A stretch of DNA of 63,252 nt, the filler included, from Circinaria calcarea (taxonomy: Eukaryota), in assembly GCA_051942165.1 (NCBI GenBank). It is 21 parts of 21 records of this genome, joined end to end, with 100 filler letters (N's around TTAATTAATTAA, not from the genome) between each part and the next. Parts side by side here need not be neighbours in the genome. Positions count along the whole stretch, not along the records: positions 45,340 to 48,245 come from JAVECS010003174.1; positions 48,346 to 51,249 come from JAVECS010003175.1; positions 51,350 to 54,253 come from JAVECS010003176.1; positions 54,354 to 57,255 come from JAVECS010003177.1; positions 57,356 to 60,254 come from JAVECS010003178.1; 16 more parts are not named here. One strand, 5' to 3'. The notes under the pieces were generated by a model. That model was not told the origin of the DNA and made no database searches. It saw only the letters and a list, made by a program, of their open reading frames with translations. The position numbers and the translations under genes are program-made. Below are positions 46,905 to 58,599 of this stretch, in pieces; positions within the stretch are counted from its first letter, which is position 1, and the number at the start of each line of letters is the position of its first letter.

Positions 46905-47040
46905 AAGACAATGTATCTCCATTGCACTTCCACTTGTCGGACCAAAAGCTGTCATTACCCCCCAAAAAAAAGGTTCAGTGTCGTCCATCTAGAGTACTCC
47001 CCCTCCTCACATGCCCGCACTCCTCCCCCAATCAATCCAA

Positions 47041-48245
47041 TCAAATTTCCTTGATAAACCCCACCTCCACCAGCTTATCCGTCGGGACCTTCAAACTCGC
47101 AATCTTACTCCGCGTATTTTCCCGCAGCCACAAAAACGCATTCAGCAACATCCTACGCCCAATCTTCGTCCCCTCTCGGATGCGCATCTGCTCTTTGCCG
47201 ACAATATACAAGACTTGCTTATCGTACGCCTTCTGTAATTCCGCAAGACGAACAGCGGTCGGATCGATCTCGATATTGCCATCTTCCGTAGACGACGACG
47301 AGGAGCCGGCAGGGTCAGATTCGGTGGATTTTTCGCTGACAATTAGGGGTGATTTCCGAGGGGTACTTTGATCGCTGATGATGAATTTGCGTATCTCCTC
47401 GTAGACGAGCCGAGAAACATTCTCGGTAAAGACTTCGTCCGTATAGCCGTGGCGGATGACGAGACGATAGCAGTTTGGGATGACGGTGCGGGTTACGGTG
47501 TAGCGTCTCTCAACAGGACAAGACGGCATATGGAGCGGACGGAGGTGGAAGAAGACTACGACCTCGGGAATCGCGACGAATTTGGAGAGGAATTGGATAA
47601 AGACAGTTGGAGTCATATCTCCGGCCTTGTCGAAAAATATAGCAAAGCCTGGAATGGGTCAGTAGATTGATCAACGTCAAAAGAGATCACATTGTACCTC
47701 TGAGTCCGGTAAGGGAACCGCCTCCGAATGTAGGCGTAAGCTGAAGCTGTCCATTTTCCCCCTGCGTCACTAAATGAGAGGGCCGAAAGCGGTCCTCGGC
47801 CTCAGCTAACCACTGTTGCTCTTTGCCAAACCGCCACAGAATGAATATACATGAAAGTAAGCCAGCCAAGACCAAGGTGAACCAAGCTCCAGTTGGAACT
47901 TTGGTAAGTGCCGATGACAGATAGGCCCCATCGAGCGTTGCAAAAACGAGCCATCCAAACAATACCAGGATTGGATTAAGGCGCCAGATAATCAAGGCCA
48001 CGAGAGCTACCAGGCATGTGGTGAGGAAGGTAACGAGAATAACGCAGACCCCGTAAGCGTTACCTAGCGAAGTAGTCTATATGAGGAGTTAGCATAGGTG
48101 ATACGCCGGATATCCACACAAATGCAATTCAATGAGCTGCAACAGGCGCATCAGCTGCTGGGTGAGTTGCCACTGATACATTGACACAGCGTCCTCCAGG
48201 GACTATTGCTAGATGTTGGAAACGATTACTTACATTGTTATAAAC
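47041..48245 (-). CDS. HAK1: High-affinity K+ transporter of the KUP/HAK/KT family, 3' part
   Basis: TTSLGNAYGVCVILVTFLTTCLVALVALIIWR...DGAYLSSALTKVPTGAWFTL...WRFGKEQQW; TPTVFIQF; YRLVIRHGYTD; FLWLRENTR...LVEVGFIKEI*. Confidence 0.92.
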
Positions 48246-48345
48246 NNNNNNNNNNNNNNNNNNNNNNNNNNNNNNNNNNNNNNNNNNNNTTAATTAATTA
48301 ANNNNNNNNNNNNNNNNNNNNNNNNNNNNNNNNNNNNNNNNNNNN

Positions 48346-49160
48346 TTTCTGCGGAGCACACCTCCTTGGTATGCTACAAGAAGAGAACCCAGTAGGTGCC
48401 GAACCAAGGACGGGGTCTGAATGTGTTGCTTTCGATGGCAAACACACCTACACCAGGGCCGACAGCTGGCCTTCACATGATGATCAACCGACATGCGAAC
48501 TGGTGGGACGAAACGTTGTTTTTGGATGCTCTGTTCCGATGACTGCAGAGTTGAGTTGGTGCTGAGAGCGCCAGCATCAGGCTGACCTTCTGCAGTTGCT
48601 TGCAAGCATCGGTTAACCATCTGTTCCAGAATCTGAAACTCTTTGAGCATCACAGAGCCCCGGCGATCAGCTCGTTCTGTATAGAGAGCTACATCTTGTA
48701 GCTTGATTTGCAGATTTGAGAGTTGGTACGCAGAAACCGTGGCCAAGTCTAACTGAATGTTTTGCTTCACTGCCCGAAGTTTCTCTCGGAGCTCTACAAC
48801 ACGGTGTTGATCACGGATCCAGCGAGTAAGGTTGACTTTGGACTTCCCATGGCTCGGCGTAGAATCAGATGCGAGAAGCCGGTAATGAATAATCTTCTCC
48901 AGGTCTAGCAAAGCTCCAGAGGCATCCTCAACATGTTGTGCTAACTGTTGTCTGGCTTGTGACGATATCGATTCCGAGTCGAGTTCTCTGATGCCACTTA
49001 GGCTGTGAAGGGTAGCTTGTAAATCAGAGATTTCGTTAATAATTTCGAATACCTTGTTTGGTGCTTTGCGGAGATCGATCAACCTTTGCAAGCCCGTAAC
49101 AACGGTACCGGCCAAGCCAGTGACAGTTATAACACTTGCTATGATCGAGAGAGGATCCAT
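48346..49160 (-). CDS. Protein with a fungal HeLo-like/SesA-type N-terminal domain and a CxxxCxCxCH motif (probably ankyrin-repeat or NLR-associated), 3' truncated
   Basis: MDPLSIIASVITVTG start, L..EISDLQATL, helical heptads, W+RD..RV.ELR.KL; CRPWCRCVCH near the contig end. Downstream domains not visible. Confidence 0.72.
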
Positions 49161-49464
49161 ATCGCCAACTTGCAGTTTCGAGTCACCATAGAGATTGGAA
49201 TGTTCCTGGAGATGTTCCTCATCATCGTAAGGTTGAAGTAAGCCTGCTTAGCCTAGCACCGCGAGGCTGCGGCATGCATGACTGTTTGAATGCTCATTGG
49301 CTGGAAAGCGACGTGAGATGGGGCGCAGTGGCAAGATATTCCCAGTTTGTAGAATAGGTAACTAGCAGTTAGGAGTCCGCAAGCAAGCCATTTGCTGTTC
49401 TCACTCTTCTACGCACCGAGCCCTCTCCAGACAGTAGGCTGCGCTTAGGCCGGGGCGCAGGCTC

Positions 49465-49636
49465 TGTTGAGCAATGTGTATGGTGGCATTCATTGTTATG
49501 TGAGTATATATCTAATTAAACTACCGTGCTACGAAAAGTTATTTTATGGGGTGCATAGAGAGTGTACGGAGTAGAGCAAGGACCATGCATTACCCGTAGG
49601 TAATACATGACTCGGTAAGCCCTATGCCTTCCAGCA
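49465..49636 (-). mobile_element. Solo LTR, copy 3 (172 bp, reverse orientation)
   Basis: Reverse complement starts TGCTGGAAGGCATAGGGCTTACCGAGTCATG and ends CAACA; 5-bp TSD GGCTC at 49460-49464 and 49637-49641. Confidence 0.85.
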
Positions 49637-50157
49637 GGCTCTACGTCTTCAATGATCCATACGGTATAACCGAGATGTATTTATGAATGAACATCATGTC
49701 TCCAACTCAGCAACTAAGCCATAGGTTCGTCCTTTCCCACTAGGTTGAGAGTCATTTTCTATCGCAAACGAGCACTCATTTGAGTATTGCGCTTTGCCTG
49801 AAATCTCTAACAGGGTCTCGTAACATCTATTTACTCATGACCAGAAGCCTAGATAGACGGGGCGGAGAAGTCCTCGCTACCAGTGCTTCATTGTTAAAGG
49901 TGTCTTCGCCCTCGCGGACCCGCAAGTCTCGGGTGAGTCCACCAATATCCAGAGTCCTACGCACGAAGCCACTTGGCCTTGGACCATGGCAAGTTGTCAA
50001 GAGTGGGAAAATTGTTAATACAAAGGCGAAGTTCACTACGTTGAGCCAAGGCTGTAGATGCTTTGGATGCATTGGTAATTGTAGAAAATTATTGTAAATT
50101 TAGCTAGGGGCTCCCACAGTAGGGTTCTGGCTCGCCATCACCTACCAGACATTTTTC

Positions 50158-50170
50158 TTTATATATTAAA
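50158..50170 (+). promoter_or_regulatory. TATA-like element about 30 bp upstream of the 5S rRNA gene
   Basis: TTTATATATTAAA at the spacing known for the upstream TATA element of dispersed filamentous-ascomycete 5S genes. Confidence 0.5.
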
Positions 50171-50188
50171 TCTAAAACCGAAGTTATC

Positions 50189-50307
50189 ACATACGACCAC
50201 AGACTCAAGACAACTGGGCATCCCGTCCGCTCTGCCATACATAAACTTGAGATCGGCTGATTAGTAGTTGGGTGGGTGACCACCAGCGAATACCAGCTGT
50301 TGTATGT
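50189..50307 (+). rRNA. Dispersed 5S rRNA gene
   Basis: 119 nt ACATACGACCA...GCATCCCGTCCGCTCTGCC...TTAGTAGTTGGGTGGGTGACCACCAGCGAA...TGTTGTATGT with complementary ends, followed by a T-run Pol III terminator. Confidence 0.95.
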
Positions 50308-50547
50308 TTTTTGGCTGTTTTGGCTTTTTGCCGCATGGATGTTGACTGGCGAGTGAAGTAGTGCAGATGGCTATGTAGACAGGGGTAATCTATCAACTTT
50401 TAAATCTTTTGACGATGAGATATATTTGATACTAGACTAGTGTAGCCCAGGCCTCGAAGAACCTTGAAAGATCTTCTAGGTTTAAAAACGCTCAAGCAAT
50501 GACCAAAAGCAAGCGCCAAGGTAAGAGATGCTGAGTCACAATTCCTC

Positions 50548-51249
50548 TTATGTCTGTGAGCTTAAGAGCGGTACAGAACTGGCAATTAACCTCTCACCAT
50601 GCTGCAGGGTTCCATATTTCTCAACAGAGACCGTCAAGGCTTTCAGATGTATAAAGTCATCCGCGTCTTCGCCGAGTCCCCAAGCAAATACACCACCCAA
50701 ATCCTTCTTCTCCATGATCGCAGGGAACTTCTTCTCGATGGCGTGCGGGGTGTCCCAGGTCCACCAAAGATTTTCCCCCCCATCCCAGTAGTAGTGTCCT
50801 CCATGTTCACTGTCGTATTTACCGTGTCTCATAGCCTTTTTATACGAGACTAGACGATCCTCGGGAACAGCGTCATGCCATGAAAAGCCACCTGTTTGAC
50901 CGAGGTCTGCGCCTGTTAGCGGATCTTCCATCAAGGTTGTTCGGCAACCAATCGGATTCTCATCGCATCCTCCGTCAGGATCTGTCTTGAACCACTTTAT
51001 GTAAAACGCAAAGCCGAGATTCATCTTGCCGGACGGGACCCCACTATTTTCATAAGCATTGATGGCTGCCAATGACAGCTCAATGCCAGTGTGATGTTTA
51101 GTTACGGAGTCTCTCCTGTTCATCATATCGTATGTCATAACGTTGAAGAAGTCTAGAGATGTACTTATTTCTGGGACGGTAGTCTTGGTAAAAGCGAGCA
51201 TATCTCTGGTAAGGCCAGGTACAGCAGCGGAAATGAGCTTATTGGGACC
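50548..51249 (-). CDS. Glycoside hydrolase family 18 chitinase, 3' part
   Basis: LISAAVPG, LDFFNVMTYDMMNRRD, KMNLGFAFY, YYWD...WWTWDTP, LGGVFAWGLGED. Confidence 0.92.
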   Translation of the reverse strand, partial: GPNKLISAAVPGLTRDMLAFTKTTVPEISTSLDFFNVMTYDMMNRRDSVTKHHTGIELSLAAINAYENSGVPSGKMNLGFAFYIKWFKTDPDGGCDENPIGCRTTLMEDPLTGADLGQTGGFSWHDAVPEDRLVSYKKAMRHGKYDSEHGGHYYWDGGENLWWTWDTPHAIEKKFPAIMEKKDLGGVFAWGLGEDADDFIHLKALTVSVEKYGTLQHGERLIASSVPLLSSQT

Positions 51250-53953
51250 NNNNNNNNNNNNNNNNNNNNNNNNNNNNNNNNNNNNNNNNNNNNTTAATTA
51301 ATTAANNNNNNNNNNNNNNNNNNNNNNNNNNNNNNNNNNNNNNNNNNNNGTCTAGAGTCACAGACTCCAAGGTAAAGAGCGTGCAAGGTAGCTAGCTGCG
51401 TGAAGCCAGGTCAAGGTAAGCAACAGAGGTGAAAGAACAAAATGAACGTGGATGAGGGGGCGAGTGTTGATCAAGTACCCGAGCGTTGCGAGCACCGTGC
51501 AGTCGGCAAAACGCACCCATCAAAGAGAGTCCCTTTCTTTTGCTCTACGCTAGCGCCCTGATCGATAAGAAATTAAGGCTCGCCATCCGCCTTCACTACG
51601 ATAGTCGTCTGCCAATCAGGAGCCTTCCATCCCCTGCAGTAGTGCAAGATTCCGATCTCCCCAGGCTGCTGGCACCAAGCCCGAAGCCGCCAAGTCACCA
51701 GATTCGGCGGCGATGGCGTCGCTTGAAACAACCTCGGGGGAGACAAGGCAAACGGTGAATGGAAGAATGAAACAAGGCCCCCATGGGCTCCTCCAGCGAA
51801 GAGACGTGGGTTTCCCAAGGATAACCCATCGAACACTACGACCCACATTGAATGTCACCGGTTCTCTTGACAGTTGGGGTTTTTAGTCCGCCATTGTAAA
51901 ATCCCACAGGTACACTTATTCACCATGATTGAGGTGATTATACCGAATCGCCGTAACGCCTTCATGCTAGACTTCCGGAAGACCTCGTAGGTAAGAAAAG
52001 GGCAACATTGTTATAGAGGGGGGTCCTAAATGCGGACTTTAAGGGGGGTGGCCAACAGTTTTGCCGTGTGGTGTGTCGGTTCAACACTTGTCAGGAACAA
52101 AGGATGTTCTCGCCCGCATGACAGGACAATCGAGTCCACTAACTAGTTTAGTCAACTCAGGGGCGGATTTCTGCGCATGGGATTAAGCTCAGAGCTATCA
52201 AACGTGGACTAGCGCTGGCGCTAAGTCGTTAATCTCCCTTCGAGCGAGACGCCCAGAATCCAGCCAGAACATCTACATATGTGACATACACTAAAGTACA
52301 TTTATGGTGGAATCCTGAGCGACAAGGGAAATGATTCCCACAGCCAGACCGGGGAATGGTACTTTCGCCTGGGTAACTGCACACGGATTGCAGATGTCAA
52401 TACCCAGACTCGGAGGCAAAGGATGGGGGGTTGTTGGGTGGATCCTTCTTTCCTTCGATCCGAGAATCAATCTCCGCTGGATTTGAGGCTATCACATTCG
52501 AGAAGCCCACTCCCGACATTAGCCAACAAGCTTCGAGAAAGCCGTAAACGAGTAGTTGTCTCCGCCGTTGGAATTACATGTCATGTCATGACAACAGTGG
52601 ATATCACCAGGAAAATGACATTGCTGTTCAAATGTTGGGGAGGAAATTAGGTTCCCATGTTGGCCAATGCTTCACCCCTAACCATTTGCTTCACCGGACC
52701 CCGGCAGTGGGAATGGAATGTGCGCGTCCGGTTCCCGCCGAGTATAAATGTCTGATTATGCTAACGCGCGGCTTCATGCTGCCATTGAGGGATCGTCGAT
52801 GCATGCAGAGCTGGAGCGCCCGAAACAAACGACAAGTCCTCATCGGTCTCGCACATTTCCATACCTTACCTGTCAGAAGGTACTCCTTTATGTAATCGTC
52901 GTCGACACCTCCTATGGGGGAGAATCCCGGACTTGCAAATGCGACGGAGCGCAATCCTATCCCGGATGGCTGTCACATAGCTTGCTTTGAGTGGCGCGTT
53001 TCGAGACTTGACAACACTACCAGTGGGATACCATAGTAAGATTAAGTGGTGCAGCACCAAGCGAAAGGTCCGTGGTCTTGCAGGTTCGATGGGGGCCCGA
53101 CGTGGTTAATGCACCCCAGATGCGCAGAGACGTTGAGATAGGAGAATAGACAGATAAGCTGTGCTAACAGGTCACCGTGGCTTCAATGCGATCATGTCCG
53201 CATAGACATTCCTGCCGAGCAAGTTGTCTCGGTTGTATGTGTGTGTGTGTGTGTGTTGCCATCTGCCATCCAGGTTCTAGAGTATCGACCGCAGTCGGGT
53301 CAATGCAAGCATATCCCAGAGGAGCTATCGCCTGTCAACCGTTAGGCACAGACGTTTCCTTCCCGCAGTGCTACGACCTCTCTCTGGCCCGTCTTGGGGA
53401 TCTGCCTACGTTGAACGACTCTGTCATGCAGATCCGGTCATGGAGATCTGAGGCGATTGGTTCTAAAAGCCATCGATCTACCATCTGCCACTTGCGCAAC
53501 AAGATTATGCGTCCCGCCTCCTGGAATTTCGCGCCGCACAACTACCCATCACATGAGGATTATATAGTCGAGGAGCCTGCCAGCGCATCTGGCACTTCTC
53601 AAGTCTTTAGGATATGCCGGTCATCATCTGACAGTATGCCGTGGACCATGAGACTATATGTCGAGATCGACCCTGCGTAAGGATAGGCACTATCTGAAAT
53701 GATGCCAGCGCATACATGGGAATTAACGATCGAGTTCCCAGAGACAATTTAAGCTCCTCACCGTTACTATGGTCGAACGAAAAGCAAATTCAACAAACCT
53801 AGGGATATCTCAAGATGCCTAACAGCGCCCTAGCCATGCAATATCCTGTCCATGCACTATGCTATTCGATGAAATGCAGAAAATTTCCACCCTCCTGTGC
53901 CTGCAGCTCTAGTAGTCACCTCTCTCAAACTCCATGTACAACGCAGTTCTCGA

Positions 53954-54253
53954 CTATGACTGCCGTCTTCCCCTTTTCCGTCCACCATCCTGGCCGCTTT
54001 TACCTCCATTGATGATGAACTCGTCACCATCTGGATCAATCACCCCTCGTAAGACGCTCACTGTAATCATGGCGGTACTGAAGCATCTCCACCCTTCTCT
54101 ATTGAGATTGTCCAAATTAGGATCTAGATCTGAAGAAATGATCAAAGTATCATTTTTCTGGTCACAGGGTCGGGGGAGACGGGCTTGAACCATGGCTGCC
54201 CCAGCTACTTTTGCAATGTCCTTAAGTTCTCCAAAGCCCTTGCCGAGATCTTT
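53954..54253 (-). CDS. Probable BRCT-domain protein, C-terminal fragment
   Basis: Frame open from the contig end: KDLGKGFGELKDIAKVAGA...LIISSDLD...GWRCFSTAMITVSVLRGVID, resembling a second BRCT repeat. Confidence 0.55.
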   Translation of the reverse strand, partial: KDLGKGFGELKDIAKVAGAAMVQARLPRPCDQKNDTLIISSDLDPNLDNLNREGWRCFSTAMITVSVLRGVIDPDGDEFIINGGKSGQDGGRKRGRRQS

Positions 54254-54353
54254 NNNNNNNNNNNNNNNNNNNNNNNNNNNNNNNNNNNNNNNNNNNNTTA
54301 ATTAATTAANNNNNNNNNNNNNNNNNNNNNNNNNNNNNNNNNNNNNNNNNNNN

Positions 54354-55053
54354 TGGTCATATTGAAACCGAAGTCAAAGCATTTCATTGGTATGAATTTC
54401 TCCAGATATTTGCGCCGATAGGACTGTTTGCTCTAGTGTTGTATACATTCTATGGCTCGTTGCCGAAAACGTTTGTAAAATCCATCAACAAAACTTCTGC
54501 AAAAGTAAAGGTTGGAGGGACTCAGAAGAAACAGTTCAAGGGACCAAAGCAACCGAAACTTTTGATGCCTCCACCGTCCAAAGCTCCTCCTAACAAGAAG
54601 CCTACTGCACTCAAAAAGGTGGTACCAAAACCTGCAGCCAAGAAAGTGACACCTGCCAAAGCTCCGTCAAAGGCAGTTGCATCTCAGAAACTTCCGACAA
54701 AAGCAGCAAATACTCAGAAGGTTCCTCCAAAGTTAGCCGTCGCTCCGAAAGACCCACCAAAGCCCTTGATAGCTCCAAAGCTGCCTTCCACGGGGACTGA
54801 CGCCCAGAAACCTTCAGTTGTCAAGGCGCCAGCCCAAAAGGTTCCATTACCTGCAACTAAGAAGCAGCAGACCACTGCAGGACCGAAGAAGACCGAACCA
54901 ACGAAATTACCTGCAAAGAACCAGGTGAAGCCATTGGCAAACGGGACTGCTCAGGCACCTAAGAAGTTGGATACGAAACCGAAGGTGAGCCCTGCTGTGA
55001 AAAAGCTACCAAGTACGCAGCAGGCACCGAAGAAGTTAGCTCCCAAGACTTAA
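54354..55053 (+). CDS. 3' part of a membrane protein with a long Lys/Pro/Ala-rich tail (N-terminal residues resemble the end of fungal lysophospholipid acyltransferases)
   Basis: Open from the contig start: GHIETEVKAFHWYEFLQIFAPIGLFALVLYTFY (TM-like), then ~190 aa of repeated K-x-P-x-K units; stop at 55051-55053. Family call is tentative. Confidence 0.55.
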
Positions 55054-56654
55054 CCTATTTAGCGACTATGGTGTGGTATGTTACCAACACTTGACGACGA
55101 GCAGTTGACTGCAAGCTCATGGAGTCTCCTTGAGACTTGGGCGCTTATCCTTGATCGATCTATCTCGATACATACTGGTGCCTCGGAGTGTAAAGGTTGT
55201 CCGTCAACACTTCAGTACCCTTGCAGCCTGATCGCAGGAGGTGTGGCCTTATGCGAAATGTACTGGTATCAGAGAAGAGTCTCCAAGTGTACGATAAAGC
55301 GGGTTGCACGCAACTCAATGGCTGGGTTCCGCCAGAAGAGAACGGCGTGCAGACAGGATTCATGCTGTGCCATATATAGGCTCATGATGCTAGCCACGAT
55401 TTTAGGACTTCACTCCCTCAGGAAGGGTTCACACATTTTGTATATTACCGTATTGAACGAGGTATAGATACTGGAGCGTTAAAAAGCCCTTCACTTTGAA
55501 AGGAACTTGTCTTGCCCGTGCTGGATAGAGTTGCTCGATAGAGTGTTTCAGAGGAATAAACATGGTCATCAGATATAATCCATCACCTCTCGTCCTCCCC
55601 GAACATAGTACTCTCTTGATAGAGACCATTGTTACCCCCCTTAGACTTGGCAACGTTCCCCAAGCCTTCCCTGGTGCGAGCGTGCAAGTAGGAAAGCTGT
55701 CTTGGAAGACTTGAGGTACCCTCGTAAAGCAACAAGAGATGCCCTTCCACGAAGTTAATTGGAAGGCACGTTGGGTTTTTGATAAATCAAGTTACCAGTT
55801 TGCTTGTTTCAGGCGACTTCTTGATTTTCCGCTCATTCATACGGTGGCTGGATTTGAGCCCCCGTAATTCAGCCCGTGCGAAGGCTCTTCCAGCACACAA
55901 ATACCTTCAACCGCGCTGTAGCATCGTGGGTAACTTCACATCACAACCTACCATGCATTCGACTGGCAACAGACCTATAAAATCTCACCTCCGCTATGTC
56001 TGCGCAACCATTATTGCTTGCCTCTTCCAACCGGCGCACAAGCATAAAAAGCGCCATACGACGATGTAATCTTCGGGGGCGGAGTTTCAAGCAGAGCTCT
56101 GCCACAGAACTGGGTAGACGCAGGGCTTATGTACCGTCCGTTGATTCGAAGAGAATGCATAAAACTATTATCGGGGTACTGCGGTAATTGATCGACCAGC
56201 CTTTGGAACCCATCTAATACGGAGCATTTAGCCTCAGGCTTGAGCTCGGCTAAAGTAACATCATTCTCCGTCCAATAGGCGTACCTTTTGCGCCTTAAGA
56301 GGACTTGTCTTATGAATTGGTTTGTTTTCTTTCATCGTGACCTGGGCGGTGTAGTGTCTTCTTCCATTATTTTGATACGTCAGATGGTTCGGTCGTTCTC
56401 CTAGTTTAGGGGCCCCCTTAATACTCTGCGCCATACCACTATGCGTTGCACTACATTACCTGTGTTTTATTTGCCATTCTATGCCTTATCGTACTCCTGT
56501 AATTCTAGTTGAAACAACGGCGATAAAACAAGGTCTGTGTAATGTCACTATTAGAGTTTTCCAGTGTTGAGAATCTCTGGCGAATGCATTTCCAACCTCC
56601 ACAAACAACTACATAACCCACCAACAGCATCAATCTTCCTATTTCATATTAGCT

Positions 56655-57255
56655 ATGGCGATGTCGAGTTGTGGTGGCCGCATGTTAAATTGCAGCTTCT
56701 CTTTCTGGGAAGGTGTCCCAGTCCAAGCTGACCCTGATATTGCTGGCATTGGAGTGAGTTATATTACTTATGGTTAAGAACCGTCTGATTGGTTCTCGAC
56801 ATTCAATGCCTTGACAACTGCTCTCTACTTTATAATTACTTTAAACTTCACTGGGTCTTTTACTCATACGATTAATTTAGGTGCTGCTATCTTTCATGAT
56901 AACATCTGGTGTAACGGTCTTCTCCGTGATACTGGGTTATATCTCCGACTCTCTTGCCGATGACGCACTGAACCCGATTGACTACATCGTATTGAAGCGA
57001 CTGAACTCTTGCTGGCGTTCATTTCGACAATCTCTTGGCTTAGCACCACTTCGAATTGGGACAAAGCAAGCGCGGATCAGAGCTATCCAGAGGTTCATCC
57101 TTACTTTGAGTGATCAGCAACTAGTTACTGGGATCGCCATTCTATCTACACAATACCTAAAACGCTGCACAATGTCAGGCTGGCACCAACAGCTAGTCAT
57201 TTGCCTTGCGTGGTTCTCTTCACTTACACATATGACAACCCTTACCCTCCTTCGC
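56655..57255 (+). CDS. Uncharacterised fungal multi-pass membrane protein, 5' part
   Basis: Exon 1 ends ADPDIAGIG|GTGAGT, exon 2 (from 56881) VLLSFMIT...LSDQQLVTGIAIL...LAWFSSLTHMTTL, a motif set recurrent in Pezizomycotina hypothetical proteins. Confidence 0.78.
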
Positions 57256-57355
57256 NNNNNNNNNNNNNNNNNNNNNNNNNNNNNNNNNNNNNNNNNNNNT
57301 TAATTAATTAANNNNNNNNNNNNNNNNNNNNNNNNNNNNNNNNNNNNNNNNNNNN

Positions 57356-58599
57356 CCTTCCATCAATCCTACTCGGTCTAGCACCATACCCCTCAGGCCA
57401 ATCCACTCTCTCAGAGCTTCCCAATCCTGACCCTCCTCTTCTCCCCTCCTCCACGACTCTTTAAAGCCCCACGCACCAGCTACTCGATCAAGCATGGCTC
57501 TCTCCTCCTCCCTTAGCCAACGTTCCCGAAGCGGCATTCCTGTAGCCCACGTGACCCGATCCATCTGGTCATTCGCGGTCGTAACGGCAACAATACCAAT
57601 AGTAGCTGTGAAGCAGACGTACGCTGAGATACCAGCGAAGGCAACTTTTGTGGCCATGTCTGTACTCATACTTTCTTGGTAGACGGAGAGCTGGGAAGCA
57701 AATGTGTATATCGCAAACGGAGCCAAGGCGAAAGCGGATAATGGCAGGATGGCTTTTCGAGTTAACTTGTTTTTCTGAAAGGCAGAAGTGCATACAGTAG
57801 CTTTGAGAATATCTAAGCACAGAGGAAGGTTTCTTGCATTGATGGCCACAGTCAATGCCTTATTAGCAACAGATAAAGGCACAGCTGACGAGGCTTTGTT
57901 AGGTTTTGCTGGCATATATTGTACAGGTGAGGTGCCTGGTCTGGGTATCAATTTTTTGGCATAGAGGGTGAGAGCGTTTCCTAGACTTTCCGGCTTTTCA
58001 AGCACGGCTTGGATATTGACATATGATTCCAATACTTTTGGCGTGATGAACACGGTCGGGTTGACGATGATGTTCTCTGCTGCGGCAGATATTATTTCCA
58101 GCACCTTGTCCTTTAGACTTGGAGCTAATGTTGTATCATGTTTCGCTGTAGTAGTGGAAGCTTCAGCCCCTTCATCTAGAAATAGTAAGTTGGATGCTGG
58201 TGTGACGTTATCTTTTGCTGTTGCACTTGATGACGAGGTGATACTCCTCGCAAGATCTTCACAAGTCTGGAGTGATGCTAGAATCTGGGCCTCACTCGGA
58301 ATTTTTTGAGATTGCACGCTCTCAACAGCGTCCTGCGCCAGTGCGTTAACTCGTTCTTCTATTGTTCGTGGAGTGCCGCCAATCGTGGATCTTTGATTGG
58401 TCTTTCTGGTATGCACCCGTCGTAGTTTGGTATAATCGTTAGCAGTTGAAGGGCTAAGAGTCAAAGGGCAGGCGTGCTTCAGGCGTGAATGGCTTTTTCT
58501 AATCGAGTCGCAATGAACATTAGAGAAGCTGGTGAGGAAACGTTTTCTGGGCCCAATCACGCATCTCAAGACCATTCGGGCCTGGGACGTAGCAAACAT
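57356..58599 (-). CDS. Conserved fungal hypothetical protein, probably mitochondrial, two C-terminal TM segments; last codons truncated
   Basis: Long ORF; likely start MFATSQARMVLR (Arg/Ser-rich presequence-like); TTANDQMDRVTWATGMPLRERWLREEER...WGFKE...GEEEG..WEALREW. Confidence 0.78.
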
